NCBI GenBank assembly: GCA_028383925.1 | Contig: JAOEWO010000007.1 | Span: forward strand, 15,164-79,163 | Source of the DNA: Winogradskyella sp. | GTDB taxonomy: Bacteria; Bacteroidota; Bacteroidia; Flavobacteriales; Flavobacteriaceae | DNA length: 64,000 nt | Direction: 5' to 3' | Part shown: positions 41,464 through 50,954 of the stretch, piece after piece | Numbering within the stretch: position 1 is the first letter of the stretch | How the letters are laid out: every line of letters begins with the position of its first letter | Program-made: the position numbers and the translations under genes | The notes under the pieces: generated by a model | What the model was told of the DNA's origin: nothing | The model's database searches: none | What the model saw: only the letters and a program-made list of their open reading frames with translations

Positions 41464-43698
41464 ATGTCCCAAATTAAATATCACATATTTATTTTTATAG
41501 CATGCTTTAGCACTTTATTATCTGCACAGCAAGATAGTACAGAAGATAAAGACATGCTCTTAATAAGGCTTCAAAGCTATGTTGACCAAGCCAAGCTCGA
41601 TAGTGATCGTGGTAATTATTTTAGCTCAACCGACAACCTAAACAAAGCCTTAGAGATTGCAGAAAAAATTGAAGATAAATCTAACCAAGGTAAAATTTTA
41701 ACCAAAATTGCAAAAGTTGAATATTTAGGAAATAAACCAAACCAAGCCAACTTATCTATAAGTAAAGCACTTAAAATTCAGAGAGAAATAGAAGACTACG
41801 GCAGCCAAGCTATTGCTTATAATTTAAAAGGTGTTTTTCATAGTAACAAAAAAGAATACAAAAGTGCTTTAGATTATTTTACATCTGCAAAAAACCTTTT
41901 TGAACAAGAAGATTTAGAAGAATACATCTCTGAAGTTACCCTAAACAAAGCAAAAGTTTTTATAGCCTTAAAACAATTTGACAACGCTAAATCTGAATTA
42001 GAGAACACGATTATCATTACAAAAAAATACGATCAAAAACGCAGACTAAGTAGTGCGCTAATACAAAGTAGTATTATATCTAATGCTTTAGGAAAAAAAA
42101 CAGTAGCCTTAGCTGAAGCAGAAGAAGGTTTAAACATAGCAAAAACCTCAAATATTGTCGAAAACATAAATGAAGCTTATTTAACCTTAAGTGCAATTCA
42201 CGAAAAAAATAACGACTATAAAAATTCCTTCTTTTACATAAAAAAATACAATCAATTATCAGATTCTCTAACAAATGCCATGCGAAACAACTCAGTTTCT
42301 GGTGAAAATGGTGAGTTTATTAATGAATATATAGCAAAAAACGAACAATTAAAAGCTCAAATAGACGAAGTAAGTGCAGAAAGTAATTTTACAAGAATTA
42401 CTACCGTGCTTAGTATTGCTTTAATTACAATCTTATCGCTCTTAACATTATCGCTTTACAAGAATAATAATATTAGACTTAAGACCAACAATATGCTTCA
42501 TAAGAAGAATGACGAGCTTATAGTTGCAAAAGAGAAAGCAGAATTGGCCTCTAAGACAAAAGCAAATTTCTTATCTACAGTAACACACGAGTTACGCACA
42601 CCTTTATATGCCGTAACAGGGCTAACTAATATGTTGTTAGAAGAAGAACCAAAAACGCACCAAATACCACATTTAAAGTCTTTAAAATTTTCTGGTGATT
42701 ACCTACTAACTTTTATAAACGATATTCTTCAAATAAATAAAATTGAAGCAAATAAAGTGGAGTTAGACCCAGAGGGTTTTAACCTTAAAAACAAAATAGA
42801 AAATGTAATATCTGCACTGTCAAACTCAGCAAAAGATAATGGCACAAAATTACATTTAGAATACGACAATGACTTGCCAGAATTCTACAACGGAGATCAA
42901 TTAAAGATTTCTCAAATCTTAATTAACCTATTAGGTAATGCTATAAAATTTACAAAAAATGGGGATATTTGGGTGAGAACTCATAAAATTAGTCAGAACG
43001 GTAAACTCTATGCAATTCGCTTTGAAATTGAAGACAATGGTATTGGTATTACAAAAGAAAAACAAGAGTACATGTTTGAGAGTTTCTCTCAAGGCTCTGT
43101 TCAAATTAACAGAAAATACGGTGGTACAGGTTTAGGTTTGTCTATAGTAAAAGGCCTTATTCAAATTTTAAAAGGTAAGATTTATCTAAAAAGTGAATTA
43201 GGTAAAGGCACCACTTTCTTTTTTGAATTACCTTTAGAACACGTTGAAGAAGCCAAAAAAACGAAAGTCGTTGCAGGTGAAATAGTTAATAAAATGCAAG
43301 ATTTGGATTTAAACAAAATTAAAATTTTAGTTGTTGAAGACAATAAAATTAACCAAATGATTACAAAGAAAATCCTTAATAAAATGGGACTTTCTTGTGA
43401 TGTTGTAGATAATGGCGAAGATGCTGTAGAGCAAGTAAAAACTATAGCTTACAACATTGTTCTTATGGATATACACATGCCAGGCATTAGCGGATTAGAA
43501 GCTACAAAAATCATTAGAACTTTTGATAAAGACCTCACTATTTTTGCCCTAACAGCTGTAACCTTAGAAGATAAAATGCACGAATTTGGCGAAGCAGGAT
43601 TTAATGATATTATCTCAAAACCTTTTAAACAAGAAGATTTTGAGCAGAAATTATACGATGTACTTTCGGGCAAAGGGGTAACCTCTAATTTCTTTTAA
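41464..43698 (+). CDS. Hybrid sensor histidine kinase/response regulator with extracytoplasmic TPRs
   Basis: Signal peptide, TPR helices, TM, THELRTPL, NAIKFT, GGTGLGL, receiver VLMDIHMP; TATATTTG at 41436-41443. Confidence 0.93.
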   Translation: MSQIKYHIFIFIACFSTLLSAQQDSTEDKDMLLIRLQSYVDQAKLDSDRGNYFSSTDNLNKALEIAEKIEDKSNQGKILTKIAKVEYLGNKPNQANLSISKALKIQREIEDYGSQAIAYNLKGVFHSNKKEYKSALDYFTSAKNLFEQEDLEEYISEVTLNKAKVFIALKQFDNAKSELENTIIITKKYDQKRRLSSALIQSSIISNALGKKTVALAEAEEGLNIAKTSNIVENINEAYLTLSAIHEKNNDYKNSFFYIKKYNQLSDSLTNAMRNNSVSGENGEFINEYIAKNEQLKAQIDEVSAESNFTRITTVLSIALITILSLLTLSLYKNNNIRLKTNNMLHKKNDELIVAKEKAELASKTKANFLSTVTHELRTPLYAVTGLTNMLLEEEPKTHQIPHLKSLKFSGDYLLTFINDILQINKIEANKVELDPEGFNLKNKIENVISALSNSAKDNGTKLHLEYDNDLPEFYNGDQLKISQILINLLGNAIKFTKNGDIWVRTHKISQNGKLYAIRFEIEDNGIGITKEKQEYMFESFSQGSVQINRKYGGTGLGLSIVKGLIQILKGKIYLKSELGKGTTFFFELPLEHVEEAKKTKVVAGEIVNKMQDLDLNKIKILVVEDNKINQMITKKILNKMGLSCDVVDNGEDAVEQVKTIAYNIVLMDIHMPGISGLEATKIIRTFDKDLTIFALTAVTLEDKMHEFGEAGFNDIISKPFKQEDFEQKLYDVLSGKGVTSNFF

Positions 43699-44693
43699 TT
43701 CGCAAAAGTCTTTACTAAAGCATTAAACGTTTCAGGTTTATCTAAAACTAAACGTATAGGTAAATAGTATAAGTGTGACTCTAGATTTTTATAGTTAGAT
43801 AACCTTACAAAATCCTTTTCGGTAGTTATAATTAAACCAATAGATTTTAACTTATCAATATCAGATGAATTAAAATTGTAATGATCTGCATATTCTAAAT
43901 GATCAAACTCTAAGCCTTTAGAATTTAAAAAATCTACCAACGGCTTGGCATTTGCAATACCCGTTACTAAAGTAAACTTTGGCAATTTCACTAACACTTT
44001 AGATGCGTTAGCAGACACAACAACATCACTATAATCTATATAACTAAAAAAAGCACTTTGGTGAGATTGCAGCTTTAGCCCCTTTACAATTTTAGCTTTT
44101 TCAATTTCCGAAATATTACGATCACACTTGGTAACAACAACAACATCTGCTCTATTAGCACCCAACCTAGGCTCTCTTAAATTACCTGTTGGCAATACAA
44201 TATCCTTAGAGTATAAATTAGAATAAGCGGTTAACAAAATATTAAAACCAGCCTTTACTTTTCTATGCTGGTAAGCATCATCTAATAAAATAATTTCTGG
44301 TTTTTTTTCTAATTCTATTAATTTAGAAATTCCGTTTTGTCTATTTTCATCTACAGCAATAGTAATATCTTTAAACTTAGTATAAAACTGGTATGGCTCA
44401 TCACCAATAGCAGATGCTAATGTGCTTTTATTTGCTAAAACAAAGCCTTTAGATTGTCGTTTATACCCTCTGCTTAGGGTCGCTAAAGATTTTTCATCTT
44501 TTAACAATCTAATTAAATATTCTATCATTGGTGTTTTACCAGTACCGCCAGTACTTAAGTTTCCAACACAAATTATTGGCAAGTCATAAGACTTAGACGG
44601 CTTAATTCTTTTATCATATAACCAATTACGAAACCAGGTTACCAAGAAATAAATAGGAACAATAGGGAATAATATGATGCGTATAAACTTCAT
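43695..44693 (-). CDS. lpxK: Tetraacyldisaccharide 4'-kinase
   Basis: VGNLSTGGTGKTP, LSRGY, GDEP, LDDAYQH, TTEKD; ATG 44693 preferred to GTG 44699. Confidence 0.95.
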   Translation of the reverse strand: MKFIRIILFPIVPIYFLVTWFRNWLYDKRIKPSKSYDLPIICVGNLSTGGTGKTPMIEYLIRLLKDEKSLATLSRGYKRQSKGFVLANKSTLASAIGDEPYQFYTKFKDITIAVDENRQNGISKLIELEKKPEIILLDDAYQHRKVKAGFNILLTAYSNLYSKDIVLPTGNLREPRLGANRADVVVVTKCDRNISEIEKAKIVKGLKLQSHQSAFFSYIDYSDVVVSANASKVLVKLPKFTLVTGIANAKPLVDFLNSKGLEFDHLEYADHYNFNSSDIDKLKSIGLIITTEKDFVRLSNYKNLESHLYYLPIRLVLDKPETFNALVKTFAN

Positions 44694-44698
44694 GAGCA

Positions 44699-44717
44699 CT
44701 AAAATATATTATTTTTG
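44699..44717. promoter_or_regulatory. Back-to-back divergent -7 elements for lpxK and the Nif3 gene
   Basis: Minus TATTTTAG (44706-44699) and plus TATTTTTG (44710-44717) inside a 40-nt intergenic gap. Confidence 0.55.
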
Positions 44718-44733
44718 GTACAAATAAGCACTT

Positions 44734-45828
44734 ATGATAGTACAAGATGTAATAAATCACCTGCAAGACTTAGCACCTTTAGCTTATGCTGAAGATTTTG
44801 ATAATGTTGGTCTATTAGTTGGCGATAAAAACCAATCTATTACGGGCGTTCTTGTAACCTTAGACACTCTAGAAAGTGTTGTTGATGAAGCTATTAAAAA
44901 AAACTGTAACCTTATTGTTAGTTTTCATCCTATAATTTTTAAAGGTCTCAAAAAATTAACAGGCAAAACGTATGTAGAGCGCGTTGTTATTAAAGCCATA
45001 CAACACAATATTGCTATTTTTTCAATTCACACAGCTTTAGATAATGCCATTAAAGGTGTAAATTCTATTATTTGTAATCAATTAGGCTTACTAAACAAAC
45101 AAATTTTAATTCCGCAAACAGGTACTATTAAAAAATTACAAACGTATGTACCACAACAAAGCGCAGAAGTACTAAGGCAAGCACTTTTTAACGCAGGTGC
45201 TGGCAGCTTAGGTAATTATGAATCTTGTAGTTTTATTATTAATGGTGAAGGTACATATAAGGGTAACGCTAATTCTAATCCTGTAATTGGCAAAAAAGGA
45301 GAATTACATACCGAAAAAGAAACCGCTATTTCTGTAACTTATAAAAAACATTTAGAGTCTAATATACTAAATACCCTATTTAAAGCACACCCTTACGAAG
45401 AAGTGGCTTATGAAATTACAACGCTAGAAAACGCAAACCAACACATTGGCATGGGTATGGTTGGCGACTTAGAGGTACCAATGACAGAACTTGATTGTCT
45501 TAATTTTATTAAAGCTAAAATGAATACTGTTGCGGTAAGACACTCTAAGTTTTTAAATAAACCTATTAAACGTATAGCAGTATTAGGGGGCTCAGGCAGT
45601 TTTGCAATTAACGCCGCAAAAGCAGCAGGTGCAGATTTATTTGTGACTGCAGACCTTAAGTATCACGATTTTTTTAGTGCAGAAAATGATATTGTATTGG
45701 CAGATATAGGCCATTACGAAAGTGAACAGTTCACAAAAACGTTTTTAGTACACTATCTCTCGAAAAAAATTACTAATTTTGCAATCATTTTATCAAATAA
45801 AAATACAAATCCGGTAAAGTATTTATAA
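44734..45828 (+). CDS. Nif3-like dinuclear metal-centre protein with PII-like insertion
   Basis: FDNVGLLVGD, SFHP, HTALD, AHPYEEVAY, GHYESE. Confidence 0.92.
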   Translation: MIVQDVINHLQDLAPLAYAEDFDNVGLLVGDKNQSITGVLVTLDTLESVVDEAIKKNCNLIVSFHPIIFKGLKKLTGKTYVERVVIKAIQHNIAIFSIHTALDNAIKGVNSIICNQLGLLNKQILIPQTGTIKKLQTYVPQQSAEVLRQALFNAGAGSLGNYESCSFIINGEGTYKGNANSNPVIGKKGELHTEKETAISVTYKKHLESNILNTLFKAHPYEEVAYEITTLENANQHIGMGMVGDLEVPMTELDCLNFIKAKMNTVAVRHSKFLNKPIKRIAVLGGSGSFAINAAKAAGADLFVTADLKYHDFFSAENDIVLADIGHYESEQFTKTFLVHYLSKKITNFAIILSNKNTNPVKYL

Positions 45829-45830
45829 TT

Positions 45831-46616
45831 ATGGCAAAAAAAGCTGAAGTTTCTGTTGAAGAACGATTAAGAGCACTATATGATTTACAGTTAATCGACT
45901 CTAGAGTAGACGAGATAAGAAATGTCAGAGGTGAGCTTCCTTTAGAAGTAAGAGACTTAGAAGATGAAGTTGAAGGACTTAACAAAAGATTAGACAAGTT
46001 AAGTGATAACCTTGCAATAATTGACGATGAGATTAAAGGAAAAAAGAATTTAATCGAAGAAGCAAAATCTTTAATTAAAAAATATAGCGAGCAACAAAAC
46101 AATGTTAGAAATAACAGAGAATACAACTCGTTAACTAAAGAGATTGAATTTCAAGAATTAGAAATTCAATTAGCTGAAAAAAACATCAAAGAATTTAAAG
46201 CACAAATAGATCAGAAAAAAGAAGTTATTTCTGAAACTAAAAGTCGCTTAAAAGACAGACAAACACACCTTAAGCACAAAAAAGGTGAGTTAAATGAAAT
46301 TCTTAAAGAAACTGAAAAAGAAGAAGAAGCGCTTCTAAACAAATCTTTAGATTTTCAAAAGAAAATTGATGACCGCTTAGTTAAAGCCTACTTAAGAATT
46401 AGAAACAATGTTAAAAATGGTTTAGCTGTTGTTGCTATAGAGCGTGGTGCTTCAGGTGGTTCTTTCTTTACAATTCCACCACAAGTACAAGTAGAAATTG
46501 CATCTCGTAAAAAAGTAATTACAGATGAGCACAGTGGTCGTATCTTAGTTGATGCTATCTTAGCTGAAGAAGAAAAAACAAAAATGGAAAAATTATTTGC
46601 TAAACTTAGTAAATAA
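45831..46616 (+). CDS. Coiled-coil/C4 zinc-ribbon family protein (CT398/HP0958-like) lacking the Cys ligands
   Basis: Long coiled coil with NNREY; C-terminal GASGGSFFTIPPQ...ITDEHSGRIL; follows the Nif3 gene. Confidence 0.82.
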   Translation: MAKKAEVSVEERLRALYDLQLIDSRVDEIRNVRGELPLEVRDLEDEVEGLNKRLDKLSDNLAIIDDEIKGKKNLIEEAKSLIKKYSEQQNNVRNNREYNSLTKEIEFQELEIQLAEKNIKEFKAQIDQKKEVISETKSRLKDRQTHLKHKKGELNEILKETEKEEEALLNKSLDFQKKIDDRLVKAYLRIRNNVKNGLAVVAIERGASGGSFFTIPPQVQVEIASRKKVITDEHSGRILVDAILAEEEKTKMEKLFAKLSK

Positions 46617-46638
46617 TTATACCACACCCATTATATCT

Positions 46639-46669
46639 AAGCCTTTGCATTTTTTGCAAAGGCTTTTTT
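46639..46669 (+). terminator. Intrinsic terminator
   Basis: AAGCCTTTGCA / TGCAAAGGCTT plus T run. Confidence 0.85.
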
Positions 46670-46784
46670 ATTTAAGATAAATTTAAAATAATTGACTTTA
46701 AGGATTAGTATTTTTACACGACTATTATAAAAAACACATCCGCAGGTTATCATTTAAGTAATCCTGAATTAAATTTGCAATAAA

Positions 46785-47447
46785 ATGAAACATATACTAT
46801 CTATTTTAAGCATAACCTTACTATTTAGTTGCCATAACCAAGCTCAAGTTAACGACAAACAACAAGCTGTTATAAATGCCGACCCCATAGTTGTACCATT
46901 AAAAGATGGTAAAGCTAGAGCCTACTTTGCTAGTGGCTGTTTTTGGTGTGTAGAAGCCGTCTTTGAAAGTGTAAAAGGAGTAGAAGAATCTATAAGCGGT
47001 TATGCTGGTGGCCATACAGACAACCCAACTTACGAGGCTAGCAATACAGGTAGAACTGGGCATGCTGAAGCTGTAGAAATTATATATAATCCTAAAATAG
47101 TGAGTTTTGCAACCTTAGTAGATGTTTATTTTGCATCACAAAACCCAACCCAAGTCAATGGTCAAGGACCAGATAGAGGATCGCAATACCGCTCTATAAT
47201 TTTTTATCAAAATGACGAACAAAAGAAAATTATAAACCAAAAGAAAGCAGCTTTAGCTAAAAAATTAGATGCTACTATAGCAGCCGAAGTGTATCCGTTT
47301 CAAAAATTTTGGATTGGCGAAGCTTACCATCAAAACTATGAGCGTAGAAACCCTAATAATGGTTACATAAGAAATGTTTCTATACCGCGATTAAATAAAT
47401 TTAAAGCGAAGCTGCCAGAGGTATTAAAAACTAATACAAAACATTAA
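46785..47447 (+). CDS. msrA: Peptide-methionine (S)-S-oxide reductase, lipoprotein
   Basis: Lipobox LLFSC, GCFWC, TGHAEAV, QGPDRGSQYRS, EAYHQNY. Confidence 0.95.
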   Translation: MKHILSILSITLLFSCHNQAQVNDKQQAVINADPIVVPLKDGKARAYFASGCFWCVEAVFESVKGVEESISGYAGGHTDNPTYEASNTGRTGHAEAVEIIYNPKIVSFATLVDVYFASQNPTQVNGQGPDRGSQYRSIIFYQNDEQKKIINQKKAALAKKLDATIAAEVYPFQKFWIGEAYHQNYERRNPNNGYIRNVSIPRLNKFKAKLPEVLKTNTKH

Positions 47448-47494
47448 TACAAGCCCCAACTAAAACTAAAAAAACCTAAAAATCATAAAAAACA

Positions 47495-48847
47495 ATGAGT
47501 CAGAGTACTTTAATTAAGAATTCTTCAATTGTAAATGAAGGAAAAATAACCACTGCAGACGTCTTAATATCTAACGGACGTATACAACAAATAGGCCGTA
47601 TAGATAGCCAACCACAATACAAAATTATAGATGGTACTGGTAAACATCTTTTTCCAGGTATTATAGACGGCCAAGTACATTTTAGAGACCCAGGACTTAC
47701 ACATAAAGGTGATTTATATACCGAAAGCAAAGCTGCAATAGCTGGTGGCGTAACTTCTTTTATAGACATGCCAAATACATTACCTAATATATTAACGGTA
47801 AAAAGTCTCAAAGAAAAATATGAGATTGCTTCAAAAAAATCATTAGCCAATTATTCTTTTTTTCTTGGTGTAAATGGAGATAATATTGATGCTGTTATTA
47901 AAATGGATACCACGCAATTTATTGGTGTTTCAGACGATGGCTTGTATTTTATAAAAAAGGGAAACCTATTAGCTGATAGTCCAGAAAAAATGGAAAAATT
48001 ATTTGCTAATTGTAAATCTATAATCGCTATTCATTCCGAAAAAGAAGAGATTGTAGAAGCTAATGAACAAGCTTTTAGAGAAAAATACGGTGAAGATATT
48101 CCTGCAAAGTTTCACCCAATTATTAGAAGTACCGAAGGCTGTTACGAAGCAACCAAACGTGCTATAGGTTTAGCAAAAAAACACAATGCCAGACTGCATA
48201 TTCTGCACTTAACAACAGAGGCAGAAACGCACCTCTTTCAAAATGACATACCCCTAAAAGAGAAACATATAACAACAGAAGTTTCGGTACATCACTTATG
48301 GTTTTCAGACAAAGATTATGATCGCTTAGGAATGCTCATTAAGTGGAATCCTGCCATAAAAACAGAAAAAGACAAGCAAGGGTTACTTAAAGCACTATTA
48401 GACGATAGAATAGATATTATAACCACAGACCACGCACCACATACGCTAGAAGAAAAGCAACAACCTTATTTTAAATCTATGTCTGGCGCACCAATGGTGC
48501 AACACACGCTTAATTGCATGTTAGAATTTTATAAGCAAGATTTAATTTCATTAGAGAAAATCGCTGAAAAAATGTGTCATAATCCAGCTACACTGTATTG
48601 TATAACAGACAGAGGATATATTAGAGAAGGCTATTATGCAGACTTAACTTTAGTAGACTTAAATACAAAATGGACCGTTTCTAAAGAGAACATATTGTAC
48701 AAATGTGGATGGTCACCATTAGAGGGCACCACGTTTAATACCGCAATAAAACAAACCTTTGTAAATGGTAATTTGGTATATGACAACGGTACGTTTTTTG
48801 AGCAAGTAAAAGGACAAGAAATTGAATTTGGTAAGTGGCATCCATAA
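47495..48847 (+). CDS. Dihydroorotase-family amidohydrolase
   Basis: DGQVHFRDPG, DMPNT, IHSE, HILH, KWNPAIK, TDHAPH, KCGWSP; Lys motif replaced by SDDG. Confidence 0.85.
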   Translation: MSQSTLIKNSSIVNEGKITTADVLISNGRIQQIGRIDSQPQYKIIDGTGKHLFPGIIDGQVHFRDPGLTHKGDLYTESKAAIAGGVTSFIDMPNTLPNILTVKSLKEKYEIASKKSLANYSFFLGVNGDNIDAVIKMDTTQFIGVSDDGLYFIKKGNLLADSPEKMEKLFANCKSIIAIHSEKEEIVEANEQAFREKYGEDIPAKFHPIIRSTEGCYEATKRAIGLAKKHNARLHILHLTTEAETHLFQNDIPLKEKHITTEVSVHHLWFSDKDYDRLGMLIKWNPAIKTEKDKQGLLKALLDDRIDIITTDHAPHTLEEKQQPYFKSMSGAPMVQHTLNCMLEFYKQDLISLEKIAEKMCHNPATLYCITDRGYIREGYYADLTLVDLNTKWTVSKENILYKCGWSPLEGTTFNTAIKQTFVNGNLVYDNGTFFEQVKGQEIEFGKWHP

Positions 48848-48971
48848 CTCACAAATACCAACCGTAGCTAAACGTTAGATGTGTTTTTTTTTAATATAGC
48901 AAACTAGCTGTGACTATAGGTTTTAATTAAAGTATAAAAACGACGCTAGTTCGTATCATTTTTAAATATAA

Positions 48972-49026
48972 AAAATTGTATCGAGAACTATTTTAAAACT
49001 AAAATTTGGTTTCTCGATACAATTTT
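48972..49026. repeat. Perfect 16-bp inverted repeat (REP-like or bidirectional terminator)
   Basis: AAAATTGTATCGAGAA-N23-TTCTCGATACAATTTT between convergent genes. Confidence 0.75.
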
Positions 49027-49075
49027 CTCTAAGTGAACAATTTTATAAAACACAATAAGAGTTAAACCTTTTTTT

Positions 49076-49876
49076 TTATCGCTTAGTTGCCTTTATCTCA
49101 AACAACATAGGAAACAATTGGTCTTTTAACTTATACATACCATTATCTAATTTCACTAAATCAGGAAACACATCGTAAGGGCTTTCGTCATATTCATTAA
49201 GGTATTCAATATCTAAACCAGCTTCAATAAGTGCATTTATAATTTCACTTAATCCATGGTTCCAACCATATTCCTTACTCACCATTTTAGAAGATTGGTT
49301 AGCGTAAGTACCTTCGTATTCGTCATAAATCACTTCTTTTCTGTTATAATGGTATTTCATTTTAGAGACACCATCAATATAATCAAACATCCAAATTATA
49401 GGATGAAACTCTACAATATAAAACGTGCCACCAACATTAAGACGCTCAGCAATCATTTTTGCCCATGGTTTTAAATCGGGTAACCACCCAATAGTGCCGT
49501 AACTTGTAAAAACAATATCAAAAGTTTTAGAAACATGTTTAGAGGTGTCCAAAACATTACAACACACAAATTCGGCATCAAGCTTTAAATCATTATTAAG
49601 CTGTTGCGCTAATTTAACACCTTCATCACTTAAATCTACACCAACACACTTGGCTCCTAGCCTACTCCAACTCAAAGTATCTTGTCCAAAATGACATTGC
49701 AAATGCAACAAAGACTTGCCATTAACATGGCCTAATGCTTTTATTTCATAAGGCATTAAAGAGGTTTTACCAGCCTTAAAGGCTTCCATATTGTACATAT
49801 CACTTTGAGCATGCACATCTACTTTTTTGTTCCAAGTGGCTTTATTAACATCAAAATAATTAGTGTTGTCTTTCAT
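49076..49876 (-). CDS. Class I SAM-dependent methyltransferase
   Basis: LLHLQCHFGQD, GVDLS, FDIVFTSYG, WLPDL, VEFHP. Confidence 0.9.
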   Translation of the reverse strand: MKDNTNYFDVNKATWNKKVDVHAQSDMYNMEAFKAGKTSLMPYEIKALGHVNGKSLLHLQCHFGQDTLSWSRLGAKCVGVDLSDEGVKLAQQLNNDLKLDAEFVCCNVLDTSKHVSKTFDIVFTSYGTIGWLPDLKPWAKMIAERLNVGGTFYIVEFHPIIWMFDYIDGVSKMKYHYNRKEVIYDEYEGTYANQSSKMVSKEYGWNHGLSEIINALIEAGLDIEYLNEYDESPYDVFPDLVKLDNGMYKLKDQLFPMLFEIKATKR

Positions 49877-49895
49877 TTTCTTTGTAAGTTTTCAC

Positions 49896-49925
49896 GCCTT
49901 CCCTTTGGCAAAGTAAGGATGGGAC
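49896..49925. repeat. Degenerate REP-like arm, family B
   Basis: CCTTCCCTTTGGCAAAGTAAGGATGGG resembles the arms at 52306-52338 and 53919-53948. Confidence 0.55.
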
Positions 49926-49959
49926 TTAATTTTGCATGTAAATTAAAACTTTTTTAAAT

Positions 49960-50661
49960 ATGAAGTCATTATACATAGGCCTAATCTGTTTCTTACTCGT
50001 ATCAGCTTGTAAATCTGAGAACTCAAAAACAGTGATAACACCAGAAACAACATTAAAAGAGATTAAAATAGAGCCTACTATAGCAAGAAAAATTGCAAAT
50101 GCTCATGGTTTTGAAAACTGGAAAAACGTAAAAAAAGTAGCCTTTACACTTAAAGTAGACAGAGATAAAATAAAAGGCAGCGGAAGGTCGTGGCAATGGT
50201 TTCCTAAAAAAGATAGTGTTGTTATGATGGCTGGTGCACAACACATAAAATTTACAAGATCAAACCTCGATAGTGTGCCGCCAAACGCTGACCGTAACTT
50301 TATTAACGATAAATTTTGGGCCTTTGTACCTTTTCAATTGGTTTGGGACGCTTCTGCAACCATAACAACACCTAAAAAAGCAATAGCACCAATAAGCAAC
50401 GACCAATTAAATATGATTACTATTTTATACCCAAACCAAGGTGGTTACACACCTGGGGATGCTTACGATATTTTTTATGATAACGCCTTCTTAATTAAAG
50501 AATGGACTTTTAGAAAAGCAAATGCAACGAAGCCAACCTTATCTACAACCTTTGAAAACTACAAAGATTACAACGGTATTAAAATTGCAACAGATCACAA
50601 AATGAAAGGAGGCAATTGGAATTTAAATTTTGCAGATGTAAGCATAACTTTGCAAAAGTAG
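49960..50661 (+). CDS. Hypothetical lipoprotein
   Basis: Lipobox LVSAC, AHGFENW, FINDKFW, GGYTPGDAYD; TAATTTTG at 49927-49934. Confidence 0.75.
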   Translation: MKSLYIGLICFLLVSACKSENSKTVITPETTLKEIKIEPTIARKIANAHGFENWKNVKKVAFTLKVDRDKIKGSGRSWQWFPKKDSVVMMAGAQHIKFTRSNLDSVPPNADRNFINDKFWAFVPFQLVWDASATITTPKKAIAPISNDQLNMITILYPNQGGYTPGDAYDIFYDNAFLIKEWTFRKANATKPTLSTTFENYKDYNGIKIATDHKMKGGNWNLNFADVSITLQK

Positions 50662-50767
50662 AATTATGACCTTACTTTTATAACCTATAATGTAAGTTTC
50701 ACGAGACGAGTTAATACTTAAAACGTATAGCTTACATTTTCCGCCTTTTGGCGCCTATTATATATCT

Positions 50768-50804
50768 AAGCACTTTAACTTACGGGTTAAGGTGCTTTAT
50801 TTTT
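50768..50804 (+). terminator. Intrinsic terminator upstream of the kynurenine cluster
   Basis: AAGCACTTTAAC-ttacgg-GTTAAGGTGCTT followed by TATTTTT. Confidence 0.75.
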
Positions 50805-50922
50805 AAATGAAATTCATTTTGCAAGTCTTAGCTTTATAGGGTAACTATAAAATGTCTAGTTAAATTAATCACATTGAAAAACGGGATGTCAAATTTCCTT
50901 AGAAATCATCCTCTAAAATCCT

Positions 50923-50930
50923 TATTTTTG
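50923..50930 (+). promoter_or_regulatory. -7 element for the kynurenine cluster
   Basis: TATTTTTG 24 nt before TTG 50955. Confidence 0.6.
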
Positions 50931-50954
50931 TTACAAACCGAAAATCAATTCAAA

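Noticed and set aside
50874-50954. Longer KynU N-terminus from TTG 50874
   Set aside because: Contains the TATTTTTG promoter element and has no similarity to kynureninase starts
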